A stretch of DNA of 64,000 bases, from contig NW_005434602.1 in NCBI RefSeq assembly GCF_000315625.1, positions 181,848-245,847 on the forward strand, read 5' to 3'. The translations under genes were made by a program, and so were the position numbers. The notes beneath the pieces are model-generated. The model was not told the DNA's origin, did no database searches, and worked only from the letters and a program-made list of their open reading frames with translations. The stretch is from Guillardia theta CCMP2712. Its lineage: Eukaryota > Protista > Cryptophyta. Shown one piece after another: positions 10,175 through 20,300 of the stretch (positions are counted from its first letter, which is position 1; every line of letters starts with the position of its first letter).

Positions 10175-12432
10175 ATGAGGATCAAATTGAGTGTGATCCT
10201 GGTTCTCTGTCTCACGAGCCTCGAGTTAGTATCAGCATACATAATCACACCTCTCTCAAGATCCCATAACCATGTTAATACTTTCCAGGTAAATGTCCTT
10301 ACTGTCTGAAGTTTTGTTTGCTTCTACTTTCTTGGTCTTCGTTATGTCAACAGATTGTGACCTCTGTTTTATTGTTAGCAGCATTGTTGCTTTTCGCAGA
10401 ACTCTCGGCGTAAAGGCAGGACATGCCAGCTCAGCATGTTGGATCTGCCTACCCTGAGTGAACTGAGCAGCAATGCCCATCTCCATGATCTCAATGCTTT
10501 TGCGCACAACACGTTTTTGAATCTTGCGACGGCTTACGATGAAGTAGGATGAAATGGATGGTGCTATTCGACTTGCTAAAATTTCTTGCAGAATGCTGCC
10601 TCTTTATCACCGGCCGATGAGACTCTGCAAACCATGATCAAGGCTGTTGACATCGGCCCAGGATCTGAAAATCTGCAGCGGGCGTTGTCGATAATTGTCA
10701 ACACGCCTGGAGTAAGACAAGTGCTACAGTTTACGCTGCCACCTCTCGCATTGATCATCTCCCAAGCCATAGAAGCGTTTCTTCCTAACTACATGAAGTT
10801 GCTGGATGCAGTGTCAAAGACCGGTGGACACGAGGGCTTGCTCCCTGAAGGCATTGATGTCACAATGAGGGCGGTGCAACGGCTTGCTGCCCAGGGCGAG
10901 ATCATTCGAGCTTTCCGTGTGTTGCAAGCGGCATGGCCTACCACTCCCTTGCGAGCTGGAGTCGTTGGAGCTGTTCTCTTGTCGTTTTATGCTTTGACAC
11001 CCCCAGGCCTTCTGTTCGGATTGTTCGACATATACATCGTTTCTCCTATCGATAAAGCTTTAGAGACCAAGTGGACAGGTCGGGACTTTTTGATCGGGAA
11101 GCAGATGGGTGGGGGCAACTTTGGAACCGTGTTTGAAGCCAAGGTCACTGAATACGGTAGGAAGAAGCTCAAGAAGGGATCCAACGAAGATGTTGTTTTG
11201 AAGCGTATCGTCACAGATGAAGAGCAGCTGAGACAAAACTTCGCTAGAAAAACTCTCTTTGGCACTTCTCTGGTCGGAGGGACGGTGGCAAGAGGAAATT
11301 TTGAAACTGGCAAGGTTGAGAGCTACTTCAACGAGAGGGTAAGAAGATATGGATTTTCTGGATCCTTCGCTTCCTATTTGGGTGCATTTGTTGGTGGAGT
11401 GCGAATGAAAGAGGAGGGCCAGAGTACTCTAACCATCTCCTCGGATCAATGGCTTGTTTGGAAACTTGAAGGTAGAAATACTCTTGACTTTTACCTCAAC
11501 GAGGAAGACTTTCCTTACAACCTTGAGGAAGCCATTCTGGGAAAAGAATATCCAAACATGGACGCTGGAAAACGAGAGACGATGATCATCAAAGGGATTC
11601 TGAGACCTATTTTAGCAGCTCTTCGTGATATGCATAGGGTTGGGATCGTGCATCGCGACATCAAGCCCGCAAACCTGATCGTCACCTACGAAGGAACGCC
11701 TCCAGTCAAGCTGATTGACCTGGGAGCAGCGGTTGACCTGCGGACTGGAGTCAATTTCAATCCAGAAACAGGATTGCTGGACCCCAAATATGCTCCACCA
11801 GAGCAGCTTGTGGTTCCTCAAGAAGTCCCAAGAGCACCTCCAAGATTCGTTGCGCTGCTTCTCTCGCCTGCTCTGTGGCAGCTCACGTCTCCCGATCGCT
11901 TTGACACATACAGTGCGGGCATCATGCTCATGCAGATGTCGATCCCGGAGCTGAGGTCCCTGCAGGCTAGTGATCAGAATCCCTTGTGAAATTTGAGTGA
12001 CAGGACGGGCAAAGCTTTGGATACCTTCAAAAGTCAGCTGTACAACACAGGGGAAGGTCTGTCAGACTGAAAAGTTCTTCATTTTTCACCCTTCGCATGC
12101 AGATCTCATAAGGTGGAAGGAAGAGTTTGGCAGCCAGTACGACCTGAGGTAACGTTTCTCTCCGCATAGCACGCAACTTGATAGAGAGCCTTCAGCCTGT
12201 TGGAACGCAACGGTGGAGCTGGTTGGGACCTGGCGACTAAACTTGTATGCCCCCGTCCTGCTCTGTTCCTGTCTTGACAACTGTGCAGGTGCGACCGAGG
12301 AATTTTTTCCAGAGAGGAAGATTTTCTGCAAGAGAGGTAAGGAGATCGTGTGGGGACAGCAGGAGGAGAAGTGATGGGATATCCCTGCTGCAGGCCATGG
12401 GGCACAGATACTTTTGGCCAGAGATCATCTAG
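10175..12432 (+). CDS. STN7/STN8 (Stt7/Stl1)-family thylakoid Ser/Thr kinase, probably plastid-targeted
   Basis: Signal peptide MRIKLSVILVLCLTSLELVSA-Y. Kinase motifs GGGNFGTV, VVLKR, HRDIKPANL. Family-specific QWLVWKLEG, FPYNLE, IDLGAAVDLRTGVNFNP..LLDPKYAPPEQ, PRAPP...LSPALWQLTSPDRFD. Intron 11956-12003 restores frame. Ends MGHRYFWPEII*. Confidence 0.88.
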
Positions 12433-12718
12433 ACTTGAAGCTTTCTGCAGCTCTGAAGCTCAGTCGGACGGGGTCGCCAAGAGCCGACTAACACCTTCAT
12501 CGCCGATTCTTTACTTTGTTAAGAATGGCAGCAACCCAGACATAAAGAAACTATGTTGTCACTGACTAGTTTCGAATCGCGGTATGCCATGATTCCACTG
12601 CTGGGCCTCAGTCTCATTGAAGGGATCTGGATACTAAGGGTTGGTTCTCGCTGTCTTTTCTCTTCTCGCCGTTTGGCCTGTCCGACAGTGTCAGGGTCAA
12701 GCCTCCTCGACTCTCCTG

Positions 12719-12758
12719 ATTGTCCTCGTACTGATTTTTAACTTAACTTTGAGTAAAG
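12719..12758 (+). repeat. Dispersed 40-bp motif copy A (ATTGTCCTCGTACTGATTTTTAACTTAACTTTGAGTAAAG)
   Basis: 40/40 identical to 40659-40698. About 275 bp upstream of the ATG at 13034. Confidence 0.95.
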
Positions 12759-13033
12759 GCTCAGTGCAGCGGCTCGCCGCACCGTGAGTGGCGGCCGCCG
12801 GGCCCGGGGTATGAACATCCAAGTCCGCCTCAGGATAAAGCAAGAGGCAACAACGTCTTGATAGGGAACAAGGAGACTTTTTCGAATGCACTTGACCCTC
12901 CTTTCTCCCGCCACTTCCTCCTGCTCCTGCTCCTGCTCCTGCTGTCCTGCTCCTGCTGCAGCTGCCCTGCTGTCCTGCCTTGCTCCCGCTCCCTTCCTCT
13001 CCATCCTCGGCAGCAGTTTCCCTGTTGGGCAAC

Positions 13034-15770
13034 ATGTCTTGCTGTCTGTTCAAGGATCGGTGCAAGATGCCCAATAATCGGGCTGCAACTTTGCGAGCGT
13101 GTAGCTACTGTAGCCGCCCCTTCCATCATCTCTGTTCATCCTCCCTGACCGATGACGTGACGTGGTGTGGAGACTGCGACAAGGAAACCCTTGCAGCGAT
13201 AGAGGAGCCAGAGGCTCTGACATCGACGGGGAAGAGGAAGAGAGTCGCGGAGGACACAGTTCTGGAAAGGAACAGTATCGGCATACTGCAAGAGATGTCG
13301 GCAAACCGAACTGTCGAGGTCTCACACAACTCGAGATCATCCTACACGTCGAGTCAGACACGATTTCTTCAGTGGCTTCATATCACCTATCCAGGTATGG
13401 TGACAGAAGACTTCAGACGCCGGTTGGACATGGCCACGACAGTGTTGCCCTCAGGGCAGACAGTTGACATGCCTACAAGTGAGAGCTTGAAGTCTGCGCT
13501 GAGAGACCTTGCTTGGAACGATGAGGGAGAAGCAGCAGACCCTGAGAAAGGTGAAGAGTCTTTGCCTCCTCTATTGAATCTGACTGCTTGATTCCAGCAA
13601 ACCATCGGGTGGTTCCGATGCACTTCGAGCAATTCACAGCTGCCCATTTCTTGCAATGGATCGAATCGTTGAAAGCAGAAAACCAAGAAATACATTTTTC
13701 TACCGCAAGCAATCATAGATCGGCCTTAAATTGCCTCTACAGAGATTTTGGACAAACCATTCCAGCCGAAATGAAGAATGAAATCGGAGAAGCTTTCAAG
13801 AACTTGAGGAAGAACAATAACAACACAGCTCCTGCTGTCCCGCGAGAGGTCAGGAGCTCTAACAAAGTCCCGCTACCATTCTCTTTGTACACTCTTCTAT
13901 CCGAGAAAATGTTAATATGTAAGAACAGAGAATTTGTGTTCGCAAGGACGTTTTTCATAACATCGTGGAACCTGATGAGCAGGGCGGTGAATATCGAGTA
14001 TATCAAGTACAGCGATATGTCTTGGCATGACGACGCGCTCTGCATACAGTTTACTCATTTTCGATCGGAGCAAGTAGACGAGCGTCTTCGTTGTCCCAGA
14101 AGAATCTACTGCAATCCCAAATGCCCGGAGATCTGTCCCATCCTTGCCTTGGGCATCTACTTGTTAAGTTTTACTCCCGATCCTGAGAAATTGTTTCCCG
14201 GGAGATCGCAACATCATCGTTATCTCAACATCTTGCAGTCTGTGCTGACCTTGAAGGAAGAGGATGCGCAGGGAGGACGGGCCGCGTGGGAGTACCCTTC
14301 AGTGAAGAGGGAGATCAATAGAGGCTTGACTGCTCTTGGTCTTCATCCCAAGGACATCGGGACCCACAGTGTCCGACTCGGAGCTGCGACCTACTGCTCC
14401 TCTTCCAGCACCTTCGGCCCTCCATCGTCCTGCATCCAAGACCGAGCTGGCATGGGGAACCCTTCTTCGTCGGACAGCGAATTCAAGTAGGACGATTCTC
14501 TCTGCCTTGTGCTCATGATGCTTACTTTTCTATCTCCTACAGGTTTGAAGCAGCTGGCGATGCCTTCGTTGGACGGACCGTTGCAGGCCTGCCATTGCAG
14601 CAAGCAGATTTTGCGCTTCTGCCGCCTCACTTTGCGAGGAGAGATGAGCTCATCCCGTCATCCATAAGAACCTACTTTCCCAACCTGCCCTCGTCGATGG
14701 ATGTCGTACTGGAAAACGTGCTTGCTTCAGTCGTGTATCACCTCGACTACTTGAAGAAGAACCTTGATCCTCGACATCCCCTCTGGTTTTCTTCGCTCTT
14801 CCGAAACTTCCCTCTTCTGGACGATCTGAAATCTCGTGTCGTTTGCTGCATGCCCCACCAGACCAATGCGATGAAAGTCACTGGGCTGCCGCCCCACGTG
14901 TACCAGTATCTCTACAACGAGAAGGTTTACAAGGAGCTGGGGGAAGTTTCAGCGGAGAACAAGCTGATTTCACAGAATTTGAAGAGTGTTGCAGACAATT
15001 TCAAAGACCTGTCGAACCGAGTGGTGGCGGTGGAGAGGAAAGTCCAGGAGAGGCTGTCGAGGACAGTAGGAGAGGAAGGGGCATCAGCAGGCCCCGGTCC
15101 CTACGAGGAGTCTCCAGAACTTGAAAGCTACATTCGCCGGATCGTCACTGACACGATGCGCAGTGAGCTGCAGGAACACTTCAAGGCTGCTGTAGCTCAG
15201 ATCACGGCGAACGTGACGGCAGTTCTGCAGCCAAGAGCTTCCTCTATCAATGTGGTGGAGCAGGAAGTGAGGGAGGAACCAGAGGACAGGAGCAGCTGTC
15301 GCGTGAGGGAAAGGCTCACCTTCCCCCCCGATCTGCATTTCAAGGAGGAGCTGGACAGCCCGATATCCGGGTGGACCCTGTGGTACTGCGGGAGTGCATT
15401 GAAGGGATATCCACCCTTCAAGCAGCTGACATCTTGTGATCTGGCGAACCGAGACGACAAGAAGAGACTGTCAGACCTTCGGTTTCTGATCAAGTCCTTC
15501 AACACTTTCATCGAACGAGAGCTCAAAGACAGGTCGGATGAGGATCAAGGACTACAGGAGAAGAAGATGGTGGAGGACTTCAAGGCAAATCCAACCGTGG
15601 CGGTCGCTGAAGCGATCTTCCTCAAGTACGAGTCGAAGTTCTACAATTGGCTCAACATCGACTCTGGCTACAATCAACGTCGTAGCCAGCTGAAGTGGAG
15701 CACCTTCGTCAAGAAGCTGAGGAAGCGAAGCAGCTTGGACGCGAAACAGCTGCCAACGGGGGATGAATGA
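13034..15770 (+). CDS. Crypton-type tyrosine recombinase-like protein (N-terminal Cys/His finger, YR domain, GCR1_C-like C-terminus); exons 13034-13550, 13598-14486, 14543-15770
   Basis: HRSALNCLYRD, KVPLPFSLY, SWNLMSRAVN (catalytic R), CPILALGIY, KDIGTHSVRLGAATY (HxxR), DRAG, FEAAGDAFVGRTVAGLP...FALLPPHF, VTGLPPHV, WTLWYCG...YPPFKQL, RRSQLKWSTF are CryptonF-like signatures. Both introns are GT-AG and join in frame. Confidence 0.85.
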
Positions 15771-15998
15771 GTGCTGTTTGATTCGGACTGTTAAGACGCC
15801 CCAGCCTGGCATAGCAACGAGTCACCGTGCGGCATGTGATCAGGATGTACATTTAATTAAACTCTGAAACTTTGCACAGCGGCCTAACTTCTCCGGCGCC
15901 ACCCCGCTGGGCCTGTGGCCGGGCTGCCAGGGCCCGCTGACCGTCGGCGTCCGACTGCTGAGACTCCCGGGACCGTCAGTAGGACTCCGGGGATTCTC

Positions 15999-16800
15999 TT
16001 TATTGACTGAAAATGGAAATGCAAACCGGAGCAAACAAGGAGGAAAAGGAGAAAACCGACAAATCCGCCTCAAGAAAAAAACCAGGAAACGGAGGAGGCA
16101 GCAAAACCGCTACTCCAACCACGCAAGCGACGGCATGCACGACAAGCAGGGGAACAAGGATCAGGACAAAGAGCAGTAGCGCAAGGCTCCTGCGAGGAGG
16201 ACGGCAAGACCCATGCGAGAGCGATACTGCCGAAACAGACGAGCACGCAAACGATGAAAGCCAGGGTCCCCATACACCGCCTCCTGAGCACAGCCATCCC
16301 ACTCCGCTGTCAACGTTGCTCCATGGTGATCCGCCAGGTACCAAAGAAACCGCAAAGCGTCAGCATGAAGAAGACCATCCGTACCTGCAGTGAAGGGAAG
16401 AAAGGCCTTCGGCGGGTGATGGGTGCCATAACTGGCGCGATGATCCGAAATCTTCTGTTGGGCGGGGCCGGAGAGCGCAGAAAGGCCGATGGAGCTGCCG
16501 CTGCTGTTGTAGGGATGAGTCATCGTGAAGTCCAGAACCAGCCCATTCCAGGTGTGGGTGGAGAGGCCAGGGAGCCAGAGGTCGCCCATGTGTCTGTTTG
16601 TGGGGCCATGCTGAGGGACGTGGGTCCGGGTTTGTCGCAGACCCTGCTGATGAAGCTTGGTGACCATGCCCGCTTCCACGCAGATGTCGCGCAGACCCAC
16701 AGTACACTGCTCGTGTGCGGTGGTCCAGAGACCTGCGCGATGACGACAATGCCAGTGGATTCAGTAATACAGCCGGTGCCGTAACGGACATGAAACTGCC
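15999..16800 (-). mobile_element. Decayed, 5'-truncated non-LTR retrotransposon with restriction-like endonuclease (REL; CRE/R2/NeSL-type) C-terminus
   Basis: Minus-strand reading CPLRHRLYY*IHWHCRHRAGLWTTAHEQ (degenerate Cys/His knuckle plus RH-like motif), then HMGDLWLP...LVLDFTMTHP (PD..D), QQKISDHRASY (K..Y), FLPFTAGTDGLLHADALRFL. In-frame stop present. AATAAA on minus strand at 15999-16004. Confidence 0.7.
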
Positions 16801-16899
16801 CTGTAACTGATCATAACCTTCGAGCATCTTCCAGACTGTCTCTGCGCATAGCATGGCTGGATCGAAAGCTAGATAGAGCAGCGCTAGCAGCTACTTAGT

Positions 16900-16963
16900 C
16901 CTCCTCCTCCTCCTCCTCCTCCTCCTCCTCCTCCTGCTACCCCTCTCCTACTCCTCCTCCTCC
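16900..16963. repeat. (CCT)n microsatellite
   Basis: Directly seen. Confidence 0.9.
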
Positions 16964-17375
16964 TTGAACCCGAACCTTCACGTCGTCCAAGTTTCCCATG
17001 AATATCTTACTGCCCCTCCCCACAAAACAGCTCATTTCGTAATTCTTCTTGTGGTCCCACCGACTCGAATACCATTCCTCCTTCTCGGCTCTGACATCTC
17101 TGAGATCCTTCTTCTCCCACAGTCAGCTCACGGCTGTCAGAAGTAGCTTCCTTGTGTTTGGTGTTCACTGCTGTCCCCCTGCTCCTGCTCTTTCCTAGTC
17201 CTTGCGCTCTATGCAGTTCAGTCTCCGTCTAGCGCCAACAAATTGCAGATTATTGCAGCATCTAGTGTTTCATCAGTTCTCCTTTGTTGACATTGACTTG
17301 ATTTATCTTCTGAGTTCGCCGCTCAGGTTCAACGACATGAAACTTGAATTCTAATACCTTTCTGAAGCAAAGCTG

Positions 17376-20300
17376 ATGTCTGAGATGGAGGTCGAAGCCT
17401 TGTCTCAGCCTGACGAGGGGATCAGAATCACCTTTCCGTTCAAAGATTGTTTTGATGATCCGGAGAAGACGCAGAACTATACCAATGAAGATGTGATTCG
17501 ACACGCTCGCGAGTTTGTCTTGTTGAACGATCGTTTACTTGCTGCTCAATCCTTGGCGGGATCGTCAACAACGGACGCATCGAAGCTCTCAGAGTGCTTG
17601 GATGGCTTGCTACAATACCTAGTCTCATGTATGCATGCAGTCGCCTGGTCCTTGGTAAGATTTAACGAAGGAAAAGGTCTTCCTTCGAAAGAATTTCAGA
17701 AGACCCTTGAAGAGTTCATGGGTCGTATTCTAAATAACATCAGGTGGTCAGTCGAGCACGAGCAAAATGACTTCCGTAATGAGAATCTGAAAGTTATTTC
17801 CAACTGTTGCAGTGAAAGCGCGTGCAGTCATGACATGCTGAAGGAAATCTCTCTACGGTTTGCAAGTGCCATGAGTCCTGCAGTCAAAGAGCTCCTTTGT
17901 CGAGAATACTGCAAACTTGAAACGAAGGAGACGTCGCCAAATTCATCTGCCTTGGGGAACAAGGATTTCTTCCGATCTAGTGTGTTGCTGATCACCCCAT
18001 CAAGAGCGAGTAAGTTCAATCAGCTTCGATTATCGTGTTTTTCTCATTCTTTCCTGCAGGAATTAGCGATTGTCGAAATGAGAAACCGTCGAAAGTAAGG
18101 GATGTTGGAGTGAATCTCTCTACCATAGCCAGCATTCGAGCTGCTTTTACCGAGTTGGGAGGAGTGAGTGTCATAACAAAGGCATTCACAACAAACATCC
18201 AGGACCTCCAGATGGAAATTGATCAGCAATATGTTCTCATGGTTATCGAACTTTTCAAGCAATCTCGGTCACTGCCCTGGGATGCGACTCAGTGGTTCTT
18301 CAGAATCTTAATGGTTGTCATGTGGAATACCGTCAGAGGCTTGACGTCTGATGATTCTACCAAAAGGACGTCGTTCTGCGAACAGCTTATGTTGTGTGCT
18401 TTCGAGTTTGGCAAAAAGGTTGAATTCATTCACTTCAAGTACAATCTTGAATTGATATACGCGTGTTACGTGTTTACAAACTCATCTCAAACATGCTTAG
18501 ATAATTATCAGCCACGCCTTAGCATGATTCGGATGGCTGTCTCGATTATTCTCACCATGCTGAAAAGAGCAGCGGAAGATAGCGACTGGAAAATACAAGA
18601 TAATTTGCAAAGGCCTGATTTGGAAGTTTTGCGCTCTGCCTGCAGGACTGCTCCAAACGATGTTGGAGAAGATGTTAGGGAATGGGATTGTAAGACCCCA
18701 TACTCCATGATTGATCGAGTCACCATCTTCTTCTCTGTGTGTGGTGCGAGCACTTTGAAATTCTGCTACGATTACCTGAAGAACGAGATGGTTCAGCCGG
18801 AGAAAGAAGGGTCAACTGCAAAACTTGAGATGCCAGCAGGAGAAAACAATGAACCTGGCGTGTCATCATCCAAGAAGAAGACACAGACGGCGGATCATCA
18901 GAGCTCATCAGCTGCAGCCAATCTTGCTTCCAGTCTCTCTTCGTCCGACAAGGAAATTCAGGGAGCTAGTTTGCCGCTGGAATCTTCAAAGAGATCTTAT
19001 GACCTGACAGATGCAATTTTGATCTTGATGGAAGATTGGATGTTTAGATTTGACGCTCACACTTGTTTCGGGCCTCTTGTTCAGACGTGCTTGGACGCTG
19101 ATGTGCTGGATAGTTTTCTCTTGTTTCTCAATGTTGCGTCTGAAACCGTAAAAGGAAAAATACGTGGAAGGCTTTCAAGATGGAATGAAGTTACACAGCT
19201 TCTGATTGATAACAAGTACATTAGTGGTGCGATAGGTGGCAAGCTGGTCAAAAGAATGTGGCTTAAAGATTCGTTGGTAGTTCCTGGGGAGGTGTTGAGG
19301 CTTCTAGTGAGAGTTTTGCTTAACCATATGGAGCAAGATTGTGAAGAAGCTTCTGTCATGGCGATGCAAATGTGGGAATCTACCTTGGATACGTTTAGAT
19401 ATCTTTTGGAAAGGAGTTTCAGTGAAGGGGATCGCGGAATCTGTGGAGTTGTCGGTGCAGATCTGACATCAAGCGCATCAAGGGATCTTGACAACGTCGT
19501 TGAACTCACAATTCTATTGTCATTTGGATTTCATACGCTGGAGACTGAGAAAAAAGGAACAATCTTCAAAGAGCTCGTCTCGATGTATGCGAAAACAACT
19601 CAAGCCAACAAGATCGATCACAATCTCTCACTTAACCTTTTCCTACTAGTTCAGCACTTCTCTCGACATTTTGATTCACCTCACCCTCAATTTCTCGATG
19701 ATTTGTCGAATATCATCACCATCGAATCGTCGAAATTATCATCTTTCGACTTACAAGTTGTCGACCGAACAATGATTCTTCTCAATGGGGCTTACGTGAC
19801 AGCAGGAAGCAACCCAGAAAATTTTTCTCGTTGGCACATCATGGCTGATGTATTATCACCAGGAAAGCTTGATCCCTCGATCAGAGAATTGCTAGCGATG
19901 AACAACGATGAACTTTACTCTGCACTGCTGACTGCTTCTTCCACTTTCATGAAAGTGCTCTACGTCTCTCCCTCACCATCCTGCAACAAGTCCTTCAACG
20001 CAGTGATCCTGTTGATGGCCTGGAGGTTCTTGAGAGATCTGGATGGACATCATGACAATCTCCCCTTTCAATTGGACGATTGTGTTGCTGTTGTCAACCA
20101 TCCAGACCTCTCAGTCTTCGATTTTCTGATGCAGCTACAGAAGATGCTTGACTTTGACCTCACCAGCAGAGATCAGCTCTTACAGCTCTTGAGAAACTGT
20201 TGTCAGCTGGTAGAAGAGGTCGGGAGGGATGACGGAAACGAGCAGTCGGCCATGAGAGCGACCGTGAGCTGCTTCGTCATGGATGCGCTGACAGGGATGC

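Noticed and set aside
11956-12003. Apparent GC-AG intron in the kinase (also at ~59750)
   Set aside because: Canonical GT donors give the correct phase.
13034-15770. Phage integrase/prophage or an active Crypton element
   Set aside because: Spliceosomal introns, no viral genes nearby, no element termini seen, catalytic Tyr apparently missing.
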